Below, piece after piece: positions 50,303-60,554 of a stretch of DNA of 64,000 bases. Below the pieces are notes generated by a model. That model saw nothing but the letters and a program-made list of their open reading frames with translations, was not told the DNA's origin and ran no database searches. The stretch is taken from contig OZ245046.1 of NCBI GenBank assembly GCA_965224245.1, positions 992,001-1,056,000 of the forward strand, in the 5' to 3' direction. Numbering within the stretch: position 1 is the first letter of the stretch; each line of letters begins with the position of its first letter. The stretch comes from Candidatus Eiseniibacteriota bacterium. Its GTDB lineage: Bacteria; Eisenbacteria; RBG-16-71-46; CAZAMP01. The translations under genes and the position numbers were made by a program.

Positions 50303-51562
50303 ATGGCCAAGCTCGATCGAGGGGATCGCATGAGCATCATCTCGTTGTCGGACCGGGGTCACTCGTCTCGCCGGATCGCCCGCATGCTGGGCGTGACCGA
50401 GGGCACGGTTCGCTACCATCTCCGACGCCACCGCCAGGGCGACCACGACGGCCGGGCCGATCAGCCGCATCTGGCGAGCGCGCACGCCGAGGCCATCACG
50501 CGGTGGATCGAGTCCCGTGGCACCGGTCCGCTCAACGTGGCCGCCCTTCACGATCATCTCCAGGAGGAGCATCGCTACACGGGGAGCCTGCGCTCGGTAC
50601 AGCGCTTCGTTCGCACGCACTACCCCACGCCCGCGCGCCGCGCCCGCCGACGCGTGGAGACCCCGCCGGGCGCGCAAGCGCAGGCGGACTGGAGCGAGTG
50701 GCGGGACGTGTGGATCGGCGGCCGGCGCGAGCGTCTGTACGCGTTCGAGCTTCAGCTGAGCTACAGCCGGTACGCGGTTCGGGTGTGGTCGCGGCGCAAG
50801 GACCAGCTCTCGTGGCATCACGTGCACAACGAGGCGCTGCGGCGTCTGGAGGGCGTGCCGGCCACGATCCGCGTGGACAACGAGCGGACGGCGGTCTCGC
50901 GCGGTGCGGGGTGCTGGGGCGAGCTCAACCCGTCGTACCGGCAGTACGCCCGCGTGGTGCGCTTCCACATCGACGCCTGCCCGCCGCGTGAGCCGTGGAC
51001 GAAGGGGAAGATCGAACGCCGCATCCGTGACGGTCGTTTCTGGAGCGACCCTCGCGACCGTCACTGGGACTCGCTGGTGGAGCTTCAGAGCTGGACCGAC
51101 GAGAGGAGCGTTCGCTCGGCACACCGCCGCCGGTGTCCGCGCACGGGAACGAGCGTGATGAGCGCGTACGCGAGCGAGCAGCCGCTGCTGGGCGCACTGC
51201 CGATCCAGCCCGAACCGTTCGACGTGGTGGTGATGCGGGCGGTGAGCCACGACTGTCTGGTGTCGTTCGAGGGGCGACAGTACTCGGTGCCGTTCCGGTT
51301 CGTGGGTCGCCGGGTCGAGGTGCGTGGCTGCGCCGAGCGGGTGCAGATGCTGGGCGAGGGTGCGATCGTGGCGATGCATCCGCGCTACGGGGAGGAGCGG
51401 ATCGTGATCGATCCGGCCCATTACGAGGGCGAGGACACCGCCACGGTGCGTGCTCCACGCCCGCTGGGGAAGATGGGCCGACGTCTGGAGGAGATCGCCC
51501 AGATGGTGCCCGAGGCGCGTCCGGTCGATCTGTACGCGGCGATCGCCGAGGTGGCCCGATGA
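50303..51562 (+). CDS. istA: IS21 transposase
   Basis: N-terminal HTH, ETPPGAQAQADW, LSYSR, VDNE, KGKIER, YSVP. Confidence 0.93.
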   Translation: MAKLDRGDRMSIISLSDRGHSSRRIARMLGVTEGTVRYHLRRHRQGDHDGRADQPHLASAHAEAITRWIESRGTGPLNVAALHDHLQEEHRYTGSLRSVQRFVRTHYPTPARRARRRVETPPGAQAQADWSEWRDVWIGGRRERLYAFELQLSYSRYAVRVWSRRKDQLSWHHVHNEALRRLEGVPATIRVDNERTAVSRGAGCWGELNPSYRQYARVVRFHIDACPPREPWTKGKIERRIRDGRFWSDPRDRHWDSLVELQSWTDERSVRSAHRRRCPRTGTSVMSAYASEQPLLGALPIQPEPFDVVVMRAVSHDCLVSFEGRQYSVPFRFVGRRVEVRGCAERVQMLGEGAIVAMHPRYGEERIVIDPAHYEGEDTATVRAPRPLGKMGRRLEEIAQMVPEARPVDLYAAIAEVAR

Positions 51563-52377
51563 GCAGCACCCCCAAGACCAAGAAGATCACGCCCCGACTC
51601 GATCTGGACACGACGCGGGAACGGCTCGAGCAGCTCGGACTGGCGCGTGCGGCCGAGTCGCTCGATCACCTGATCGCCGAGGCGGTCAAGGAGGAGATGC
51701 CGCCGCAACGGTTCCTCGATCAGCTGCTCGGTGAAGAGCTCTCGTTCCGCGATGAGCGTCGCGTACGGACCTCGCTGAAGCTCTCCGGTCTGCCCACTGG
51801 ACAGACGCTGGGGAACTTCGACTTCGCGTTCCAGCCGTCGATCGAGCGCTCGCGGATCGAGACGCTGGCCACGTGTCAGTGAATCCGAGAGAACCGGACG
51901 CTCTTGATCCAGGGACCGCCAGGAGTCGGGAAGACGCATCTGGCGGTGGCGCTCGGCATCCGAGCGGTCGAAGCCGGGTTCGGCGTCACGTTCATGCGAC
52001 TCGAAGAACTGCTGGCCGCACTACGGCGCGATGCCGATCTGCCACCGGCGAGGATCCGGCGACGCAAGTATGCGAACGTGTCGCTGCTCGTGATCGACGA
52101 AGTCGGGTTCGAGCCGATGAACCGGCACGAGGCGAGTCTGTTCTTCCGGCTCGTCAGCTATCGCTATCAGCGCGGCGCGATCCTCATCACCACGAACAAG
52201 GGCATCCGAGACTGGCCGGAGATCCTCGCCGGAGACGAGATCCTGGCCACGGCCATCCTCGATCGCCTGCTTCATCGCAGTCACGTGCTGAACATCGCCG
52301 GGCGGAGCTACCGGCTCCGGGACCTGGAACGAGCCGCGACGGCCGCTCACACGACCTCAACTGCGCGCGACACCTGA
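51559..52377 (+). pseudogene. istB: IS21 AAA+ helper ATPase with internal nonsense codon
   Basis: FDFAFQP..TCQ*IRENRTLLIQGPPGVGKT, LLVIDEVG, ITTN, AILDRLLH. TGA at 51880-51882 sits where TGG is expected. Confidence 0.88.
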
Positions 52378-54490
52378 CGGTGTCGCTTGCTGACTCCCGA
52401 GGGCCTGTAAGACGATGAAAGGAGAACCACTTATCCCGAACTCAGGTGCGTAAGACTGGGTGTCGCCTAAGTGCGTAACACTGGGTGTCGCTTGACATGG
52501 GCTACTTTCTGATCGACGCAGGCAGCACGGGTGCGATCAGTGCGACCGTCGATGATCGTTTCAAGCGTGCGGAGTACGTCTCGTCCGGTGAGTTGAAAGA
52601 GTTCGGGTTGTTCGGGGCCGCGGACGTGGATGGTGAGGGTGCCGGCGAGACGCTCTGCGGCGTCTCGATGAGCGACTTCGCCTTGAGCATCCCGGACACG
52701 CTCCCGATCCCGATCGGCGACACCGATTCCATCGGTGTCGCCGGGGGAATCCCCGAGCGCTGGAAGGAATCGACCGGAGCATCCGGCAATCGGGCGTCGA
52801 CATACTGCATCGGCTGGCTGAACGACCGCCCGGGCACGTCGGTCAGCTTCGGCTTCTGGGAGCCCGTCGACGACGTCGTGGAGTACCTCGTGCAGTTCAA
52901 CGATCTCGTCGAGGGGCCGATCTCGCAGAAGACCCTCTGGCAGCGCACGGCGAACCCGATCGGGGAGATCCAGAGGCCGTACTCGCACTGGATGGAGATC
53001 GGCTCGGACGACCGTGTGTTCGTCGCCCACGCGACGTCCGACGCCGAGGGGTACTATCTCGGAACGAAGACGGCTTGCGTGACCACCGATGGCGCCCAGT
53101 GGATCGTCGATCACGACCCGAGGTGGGGCGGCGATCGCCATCTCCTGCGGGACATCAACCTCACCAACGACGGTTTCGTCGCCGTTCTGATGGAGCGGCG
53201 ATACGACAACGGAGATGATCCCTGGTATCTCGGTCAGCTGGATCTCTACGATCCCGCAAGCGGGACGGTGATGCTCACGGCACCCGTGCTGTCCGATGCG
53301 TCGGTGAGCGGGAGCTATCTCTGGCGGAGCGTGCACGATCCGGAGCACGACGTGATCTGGGTGCTCGCGTCTTCGATCGCAGATGACGGCTATACGTTCG
53401 ACTTCGTCTACGAGGTCTACCGGTCGAACCTCCAGCGGGCTGCGGCCGGTCGCATCACCGCGCCGACGAAGCCCTTCATGTCCGAGAACGTCTTCGGTGC
53501 GGCGTGCGGGGGCAACGGAGACGTCTACTTCTCGGGAGTGGCCCTGCCCGACGTGGACTCCGAGGTCGACGCGTTCATCATGCGACTCGACTTCGACGGC
53601 AGCGACGCATCGGTCAACTACGTCAACACGCTCGATGCCGTGGATCTGACGGCACTCGACTCGGGGATCTTCGTGTCGGGTGAGACCGCCGAGTACATGA
53701 TCGGGGATCTGGCCGTCAATCGCTTCGGCGGCGCCGACGACGTCGTGATGCCGGGCTCCGTCTGGTGGTCGGAGACGAGCCGTGAGTACCAGGTGGCGCT
53801 TCGCGTCAAGAAGGACACGGGCCTGCCCGACCTGGTCTCGTCGACGCGATGGCCCGGGGGCTACGTCGTCTCGTACTTCGGTGAGATCGCCGGACGTCTC
53901 CTCGCGGCTGACATCGACGAGAACGGAGGGGTGGTACTCGGGGGTACGAGGGCGTTCTACGACACCGTCGAGGGATACTCCGGGGAAGCCAGCATCACGC
54001 GACGACCCTTGAACTCCTTGGAGTCACCCAGCGAGCGGTGGGATGTCTCTCTCCCCGGAGCATCGGATGCCAGCGGGCGCACATCCATGACGCGATCGGT
54101 TGCCTCGACATCCATCGCCGGGTATCTCTACCACGTGGCGGGCGGGACCGAACGAACAGGCGCGACGTCGCTGGAGTACCTCAACTGGAACGGGTTGTGG
54201 TCGTACGACTTGCCCATCGCGGTTCCGGGAGGTGGGGGCGAACGGCTCGAGTCGCTCCGGGTCACGGCGGGCCGACGACCCGTCGTCAAACACGCATTCA
54301 CGTTGGGGAATGGCGGTACAATAGACGTGTTTGGCACGGCGGGAAGACTGGTGCGCACGGTCGCGTTCGGGCCTGACGATGAGTACACGGTGCTTGATGA
54401 ATTGCCTGTTGGAGTCTATTTCCTGAGACTGGAAGCCAAGGAAGGACGTTCAGTTGGTAAGGCCATAGCGACTCCGTGAGGAGGGTCGGA

Positions 54491-55021
54491 ATGGACAGGC
54501 TGTTGGCGATCGGGACCTCACTTCTAGTTGGCTGCCTCGCTCAGGCTGCGCTCGCAGAGCAGCTGGATGTGGCGGTGACTGCCTATGTCGGCGACGAGCT
54601 CTGGGACTTTCAAGGGTTCGTCGAGTTCCACGATGTGGACAGAGAGTACGGAGAGACCTTCGTCATCGAGTTCCAGTGTGAGCCAGACGACGAGAACACC
54701 GAGCTGTTCGTGATGACGTTCGATTCGCGTTCCGGCGATGGTAGGGGTGAGACGGGAATACGAGCGATTGGAGAAGCGCCCGACCGATGGGATCGGATGG
54801 GGGTCCGTTACGTGCGGTACGAGAATCTCGGGGAACGATCGTTTCGATCGAGCTTCGGCGCGACGCATGGCACCGAAGCATACGTACCCGGGGATCGCAT
54901 CTCGAAGGTCCGGATCCACGCATGGGGGAACACCACCGAGGTGTTCGATGTGCTCATATCGAACTACGATGTACCTGTCATGAATGCCTCGTGGACGAGA
55001 ATCAAGAACCACTACCGCTAG
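54491..55021 (+). CDS. Secreted hypothetical protein with C-terminal VPVMNASWTRIKNHYR tail
   Basis: GAGG RBS, signal peptide, tandem paralog of 55123. Confidence 0.85.
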   Translation: MDRLLAIGTSLLVGCLAQAALAEQLDVAVTAYVGDELWDFQGFVEFHDVDREYGETFVIEFQCEPDDENTELFVMTFDSRSGDGRGETGIRAIGEAPDRWDRMGVRYVRYENLGERSFRSSFGATHGTEAYVPGDRISKVRIHAWGNTTEVFDVLISNYDVPVMNASWTRIKNHYR

Positions 55022-55122
55022 TCGGCGATCGTCTGGTCCCGGCCGCCTTCGGCGACTCTCCTGCGCGTTATCTTGCTTGCGACGCTCCGGGGCCACCCAT
55101 GCAACTCGGTGAAGAGGGCGGA

Positions 55123-55653
55123 ATGAACAGACCGCTGACAGTGGGGAGCTGTCTTCTGGCCGGTGCCTTCAGTCATGTTGCGCTGGCGGAGCAACTGGAA
55201 GTGGCGGTGACCGCCCACGTCGGCGATGAGCGCTGGGACTTCCAAGGGTTCGTCGAGTTCCACGATGTGGACCGAGCGTACGGGGAGGTCTTCGTCATCG
55301 AGTTCCAGTGTGAACCGGACGACGAGAACACCGAGCTATTCGTGATGACATTCGACTCGCGATCTGGTGAGGGCAGGGGCGAAACCGGAGTACGAGCCGT
55401 GGGAGACGGCCCGGACCGATGGGATGGGATGGGGATCCGCTACGTGCGTTACGAGAACCTCGGGGAGCGGTCGTTTCGATCGAGCTTCGGCACGGCGCAC
55501 GGCGCCGATGCCTACGTTCCCGGGGATCGCATCTCGGAGGTGCGGATCCACGCCTGGGGGAACACCACCGTGGTGTCGGATGTGCTCATCGCAGACGATG
55601 ACGTACCGGTCGTGAACGCCACGTGGGCGAGAATCAAGAGCCACTATCGGTAG
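55123..55653 (+). CDS. Secreted hypothetical protein with C-terminal VPVVNATWARIKSHYR tail
   Basis: Same length as 54491..55021, with long identical stretches. Confidence 0.85.
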   Translation: MNRPLTVGSCLLAGAFSHVALAEQLEVAVTAHVGDERWDFQGFVEFHDVDRAYGEVFVIEFQCEPDDENTELFVMTFDSRSGEGRGETGVRAVGDGPDRWDGMGIRYVRYENLGERSFRSSFGTAHGADAYVPGDRISEVRIHAWGNTTVVSDVLIADDDVPVVNATWARIKSHYR

Positions 55654-56575
55654 TCTCGTCACGCGGATCCGGTGAGGTCGACTCCATGCGGATATCGACG
55701 TCTCCGATGGCCAGGCACGCCATCGAGATCGAGCCCAGATCGAACCCACGACTGAAGGTGGTGATCTCCTCGCGGTCGTGATGCAGACCCAGGCTGTACA
55801 GGAGCGGGTAGAAGTGATCCGGCGTCGGGTGTGCCCGCCGGGCCACGTGGCCGAGCGTCTCGTAGTCCACCACGGCTTCGAAGTTCCGATCCTCGATCGC
55901 ACTCAACATCGTCGCCTCGAACTCGACGGCGTAGTCGAACGGCTCGGCCGTCGCACGCATCTCGCGCAGATTGTGCACGAGGTTGCCCGATCCCACGATC
56001 AGAACGCCCCGGTCGCGGAGTGCTCGGAGCTCCCGCGCGAGCGCGTAGTGAAACGCCGGTGGCTTCGCGTAGTCGATCGAGAGCTGCACCACCGGAATCT
56101 CGGCCCCGGGGAACATCGGAAGCAGGACCGACCAGGTTCCGTGATCCAGTCCCCACTCCTCGTCTCGCGTCACGTGCACCCTGCGGACGAGCGCGATCGA
56201 TTCCTCGGCCAGCTCCGGCGATCCCGGCGCGGGATACTGCTGGTCGTAGAGAGCCTGCGGGAAGCCACCGAAGTCGTGAATCGTCCGCGGCCGCTCCATC
56301 GCCGTCACGCGCGTGTCTCCCCGCGTGAGCCAGTGGGCCGACACGCAGAGGATTGCCCGCGGCCGCGGCAGCGTCTCGCCCAGGTGCCGCCAGGCCCGCG
56401 TATAGGCGTTGTCGGATATGGCGTTCATCGGAGACCCGTGACCGATGAAGAGGACCGGAAGCCGATCCGAGCGTGGCAGCTCGTTCAGCTCCGAGAGCGC
56501 GGAGATCGGACGTGAGTGCATGATGGTCAACCCCGCCAGTCCAGTGGTGGTCGAGAGAAAGCGTCTTCGGTCCAC
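55634..56575 (-). CDS. ygiD: 4,5-DOPA dioxygenase-type extradiol dioxygenase (LigB family) with Tat-like leader
   Basis: PVLFIGHGSPMNAI, SAHW, TIHDFGGFP, WGLDHGTW, GSGNLVHNL, AHPTPDHFYPL. GTG start after GGAGGAG; leader DRRRFL. Confidence 0.88.
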   Translation of the reverse strand: MDRRRFLSTTTGLAGLTIMHSRPISALSELNELPRSDRLPVLFIGHGSPMNAISDNAYTRAWRHLGETLPRPRAILCVSAHWLTRGDTRVTAMERPRTIHDFGGFPQALYDQQYPAPGSPELAEESIALVRRVHVTRDEEWGLDHGTWSVLLPMFPGAEIPVVQLSIDYAKPPAFHYALARELRALRDRGVLIVGSGNLVHNLREMRATAEPFDYAVEFEATMLSAIEDRNFEAVVDYETLGHVARRAHPTPDHFYPLLYSLGLHHDREEITTFSRGFDLGSISMACLAIGDVDIRMESTSPDPRDETTDSGS

Positions 56576-56788
56576 GGCGCGTCTCCTCCGCGTTGGGATC
56601 CTCGCGGGAACTGTATCACGTCGCGATGCGGTGACTCCGCGCATCCGACGGGACCTCGCAGCCTCGCAGGCGACATCGTTCCGCGTGGCCCGGCTCGTGG
56701 TTCGGAGGGTATCATTGAGAGCTGGCCACCTTCTCGGGGGCAGGTGACCGACATCTTGCCGTGAGCACCCGAACCCACGAGGTGTGCG

Positions 56789-59700
56789 ATGACGAATCCG
56801 AGACGAGCGGTGCTCGCGGGTCTTCTCATGACCGCGGTCGCAGCCGCGAGGGCGGAGGACTACCTCGAGTCCTTCACGACGACCACGTACGAGGATCCAG
56901 CGACCTCCACCGTCCTCTGGGACACGGGAGCGGGTGAGATCCGACTCCCGGAGCTGGATCCGGCCCCCGTCGGGAGCCACGCGACACCGGAGCCCGCGCT
57001 CGACGTGTTCGTTTCCGGAGACCTGCTCTACACGGCGACCAACGCGGCGGGGCTTCTGATCTTCGACGTCCGGGACGTGACGTCGCCCACCCTCCTGTCG
57101 GCGTTCACGACGGCACACAAGGCCCAGGAGGTGATCGTCGCCGGAGATCTCGCCTTCGTCGCCGACGCGCTGGGCGGTCTCCAGATCATCGACGTCCGGA
57201 ATCCCGCCGCGCCGGTGCTGGTCGGGGGCATCGCCGTTGCCGGCAACGCGTTGTCGGTGGCCGTGGACGGCAACCACGCCTACGTCGCAGACGCCCTGGC
57301 GCTCCGGGTCATCGGCGTGGCCGATCCGACCAGCCCCGTGCTCGTGGCCAACCTCGGCACTCCGGGGACCGCACGTGGCGTCGTCGTCTCGGGGCGCCTC
57401 GCCTACGTTGCCGACGACGCGGCAGGCATCCAGGTCGTCGACGTGAGCACGCCGGCGAGCCCCACCCTCGTCGGGAGCAACGACGAGGGTCTCACCGCTC
57501 TCGGTGTCTTCGTGTCCGGCGACCAGCTGTTCGTGGCCAATGGCTCCGCCGGGCTCGCCATCCTGGACGTGAGCGATCCCACCGCGCCGAAGGTGATCGG
57601 GGCGGTCGACACGCCCGGAACGGCCACACACGTGACCGTGTCGGGGGATCGCGCGTATCTCGCGTGTGACGCCTCGGGCCTTCAGATCGTCAACGTGTCC
57701 GACCCGACCAATCCGCATGTCGTCGGTGACCATCCCACGTCCGGAGACGCCGACGGGGTCGTGGTGTCGGGGGTCCATGCGTTCCTGGCGAGCTCGTTGG
57801 GCGGCATCGAGATCGTCGAGGTCGCACGACACCTGGTCGACCCTCGCGTGGTCGGGCAGTTCGCGCTTCCGATCGGGACCTTCGGCGTCGAGGTGGCGGG
57901 GGATCTCGCATATGCCGCGACCCAGGGCGGCCTTCACATCGTGTCGAAGGCGGATCCGACGGCGATGTTCGAGATCGGGATGCACACGACGCTCGACGGC
58001 GGCCGTCGCGTCACCCTCTCGGGTGATCTGGCGTACGTCTCGACGTCGGGGGGCAACGTCGAGATCGTCGACGTGCGCGATCCCGCGAGCCCTGCCCTGG
58101 TGGCCACCATTCCGTCCACCGATCTGGTCGAGGGCGTCGTGGTATCGGGGGAGCAGGCGTACGTGGCCAGCGGTCTCAACGGGCTCCGCGTATTCGACGT
58201 ATCGACTCCATCACTTCCCGTCCTGATCGGAAGCTATGACGAGGCGGGACCCTTCTTCGTGTCGGATGTCATCGTCGATGGAGATCTCGCCTACATCGTG
58301 GCTGGCAGCCACGGCCTCCGGATCCTCGACGTCACCGACCCCTCGAGCCCGGCTGCTCTCGGTAGCGTCGTGCCGGGCGGCGGCGAGGGCTTCTATCGGC
58401 TCGACGTCGCCGGTGAGCACGCGTTCGTGATCGATCAGAACTCCTCGTCGCTCCGGGTCTTCGACGTTGCAGATCCGTCCTCGCCGGCGCTGGATGGCGT
58501 CCTCGGCATCGCGGGGCCGGCCACCGACGTTCGTGTCAGCGGTAATCGTGCCTACGTGTTTGCCGCCGACCTCTGGGTCGTCGACGTCACCGATCCCACG
58601 TCTCCCGCCATCGTCGGCGGCCTGCCGCCTGGCGGTTCAGGCTTCGTCGATGCTGACGTGTCCGGTGAGGTCGCCTACGCCGCGGACTTCTTCGGCGGGC
58701 TGGCGGCGATCCAACTACGGACCGACGTCCCGAACGACGCCAACGGCCGGAACGGCCAGTCGCTCCCGGTCAACGACCTCGCTCTCGAGATCGCGACCGT
58801 GCAGATGACGACGACGCAGCTCGGTCCCGTGAGCTGGGAGGTGAGCGGGAATGGTGGAGGCACCTGGCGCTCGATCGTTCCCGGCGGGAGCAAGGTCAGC
58901 TTCTCGCCGGCGGGCACGGGTCTCCTCTGGCGCTCCACCCATGGCTACGATCTCGAGATCAACCCGACGTGCAGCTCCCTCGAGCTTCACTTCCTGTACG
59001 CACCCGGGGTCATCGCGGACGTGGTCGACGTCCCCGATGACCAGGGAGGATGGCTCAGGCTGCAGTTCGATCGATCCGGCTACGACTTCGCCGACGAGCC
59101 GACGACGCCGGTGACGGGGTATGCCCTCCACCGTCGCGTCGACGATCCGCTGGCGCCCGCTCGTGCTACCGGGGCCGGGTGGCTCTCACCCGATGAGCTC
59201 GGACCGGAGACGCTCCGGGATCTCCCGTCGGCGCGCGACGCGGGGGCACGCATCTTCCTCGACGGCCGCGCCGAGGCACCCGCGTTCGACGACGACGTTC
59301 ACCGCCTCGGAGATCTTCCGCCCGGGGTCTGGGAGGTCGTGGGATGGGTGCCCGCGATGCAGAGGGACAGCTACATCGGACTCGTTCCCACCGAAGGCGA
59401 CTCCAGCAGCACCGGCATCCCGTGGTCGGTATACGTGGTCACCACGCACACGACGACCCCGTCGATCTGGTTTGCGAGCCTGGCCGACAGCGCGTACTCC
59501 ACCGACGACGTCCCGCCAGCCGTTCCGACCTCGCTCCGCTTCGACGCTCCATTCCTTCTGACCTGGGATCCCGCACCCGAGGACGACTTCGCCCATCACA
59601 GCGTCTACGGGTCCGAGTCCGCGGACTTCGATCCGATGGCGTCCTTGATCGGATACACGATCGAGCCGAGCTTCGACGTATCGAGCACGTCGTACGCCTA

Positions 59701-60073
59701 CTACCACGTCACGACGTCCGACCATGCCGACAACGAGAGCGACGCCGCGAGCATCGAGGGCAGCCTGCTCGCATCGCCCGAGGATGGCGTTCCCACGGCG
59801 TTCGCGCTGTCGCGCACGGGGCCCAACCCGTTTCGTCAGCGGACGTCACTGACGATCGCCCTTCCGAAGCCGACGAAGGTGCGCCTCGTGCTCCATGACG
59901 TGGGCGGTCGTGTCGTGCGGACGCTCGCCGACGGGGCGTACGCGGCCGGCGTTCACGCGATCGCGTGGGACGCCCGAGACGACGCAGGTCGACCGGTCGG
60001 ACCCGGAATGTACTTCGCACGGATCGAAGCAGGCGAGTTCGAAGCCGTTCGTCGGCTCTCGGTGATCCGCTAG
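56789..60073 (+). CDS. LVIVD-repeat secreted protein with FlgD-Ig/T9SS-like CTD
   Basis: Paralog of 2595..5864 over its full length. Confidence 0.92.
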   Translation: MTNPRRAVLAGLLMTAVAAARAEDYLESFTTTTYEDPATSTVLWDTGAGEIRLPELDPAPVGSHATPEPALDVFVSGDLLYTATNAAGLLIFDVRDVTSPTLLSAFTTAHKAQEVIVAGDLAFVADALGGLQIIDVRNPAAPVLVGGIAVAGNALSVAVDGNHAYVADALALRVIGVADPTSPVLVANLGTPGTARGVVVSGRLAYVADDAAGIQVVDVSTPASPTLVGSNDEGLTALGVFVSGDQLFVANGSAGLAILDVSDPTAPKVIGAVDTPGTATHVTVSGDRAYLACDASGLQIVNVSDPTNPHVVGDHPTSGDADGVVVSGVHAFLASSLGGIEIVEVARHLVDPRVVGQFALPIGTFGVEVAGDLAYAATQGGLHIVSKADPTAMFEIGMHTTLDGGRRVTLSGDLAYVSTSGGNVEIVDVRDPASPALVATIPSTDLVEGVVVSGEQAYVASGLNGLRVFDVSTPSLPVLIGSYDEAGPFFVSDVIVDGDLAYIVAGSHGLRILDVTDPSSPAALGSVVPGGGEGFYRLDVAGEHAFVIDQNSSSLRVFDVADPSSPALDGVLGIAGPATDVRVSGNRAYVFAADLWVVDVTDPTSPAIVGGLPPGGSGFVDADVSGEVAYAADFFGGLAAIQLRTDVPNDANGRNGQSLPVNDLALEIATVQMTTTQLGPVSWEVSGNGGGTWRSIVPGGSKVSFSPAGTGLLWRSTHGYDLEINPTCSSLELHFLYAPGVIADVVDVPDDQGGWLRLQFDRSGYDFADEPTTPVTGYALHRRVDDPLAPARATGAGWLSPDELGPETLRDLPSARDAGARIFLDGRAEAPAFDDDVHRLGDLPPGVWEVVGWVPAMQRDSYIGLVPTEGDSSSTGIPWSVYVVTTHTTTPSIWFASLADSAYSTDDVPPAVPTSLRFDAPFLLTWDPAPEDDFAHHSVYGSESADFDPMASLIGYTIEPSFDVSSTSYAYYHVTTSDHADNESDAASIEGSLLASPEDGVPTAFALSRTGPNPFRQRTSLTIALPKPTKVRLVLHDVGGRVVRTLADGAYAAGVHAIAWDARDDAGRPVGPGMYFARIEAGEFEAVRRLSVIR

Positions 60074-60368
60074 GCTTCTCGGCGACCGCGCTCGGCCACC
60101 GGGCATCCACGTGACGCCGCGGGCCGACGACGTCCGGCCGCCGGTCGATCGCGTGGTCGAGCGCCGGAAAACGGCTCAGGCTCACTGGATTCCGCGACTT
60201 CCCGGGCGCTCGGACTCTCACCTCCACGATCCCCCGGGGGCGGCGACCTTCACGTAATCGACATTCTCACAACAGGATACAGGAGAAGTCCCTTCGCAGG
60301 CCGTTTCATGAAACAATCACACATGTTGAGCGTAATGTGTAATGCTCTAGCAGCCAAGGAGGTGCGAG

Positions 60369-60554
60369 ATGACCGAGGAGCAGATCCGAAAGATCGCGGA
60401 CGCGGTGACCGCTGCGTTGAGAGCGAACGAGACCACCGATGTCTGCAGCCCGTCCGACGCGGCCGGCGATGCCTGCTGTAGCGGGACCACTACCTGGAAG
60501 GCGGGCGGCGCCGTCGTGTGCATCTGCGTCAGCCCGCAGGAGAAACGCTCGTGA
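60369..60554 (+). CDS. Small Cys-rich hypothetical protein
   Basis: AAGGAGG RBS; DACC..VVCICVSP; stop overlaps the next GTG (GTGA). Confidence 0.65.
   Translation: MTEEQIRKIADAVTAALRANETTDVCSPSDAAGDACCSGTTTWKAGGAVVCICVSPQEKRS

Larger units (their letters stand above)
50204..52497 (+). mobile_element. IS21 family insertion sequence
   Basis: TG..CA ends, repeated GCGACACCCAG..TTACGCAC terminal boxes in inverted orientation, 5-bp TSD TGGGC (50199-50203 and 52498-52502), istA and istB. Confidence 0.95.
49805..54479 (+). pseudogene. Secreted protein with degenerate T9SS-like CTD, split by IS21
   Basis: 49805-50203 (signal peptide, ..DSLVVVG) joins in frame to 52503-54479 (YFLIDAG..GRLVRTV..LPVGVYFLRL) once the IS and one TGGGC are removed, giving 791 aa. 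Confidence 0.88.

Noticed and set aside
39824-51882. Two in-frame TGA codons as evidence for recoding (Trp or Sec)
   Set aside because: Many intact genes here end in TGA right after a complete CTD. One case is explained by indels and the other by a TGG>TGA change.
50204-52497. Repeated GCGACACCCAG boxes as a CRISPR or iteron array
   Set aside because: They are the multiple terminal repeats typical of IS21 ends. There are no spacers or cas genes.
52485-54479. Independent 664-aa gene
   Set aside because: Its GTG start lies inside the right IS end. It is the 3' half of the gene beginning at 49805.
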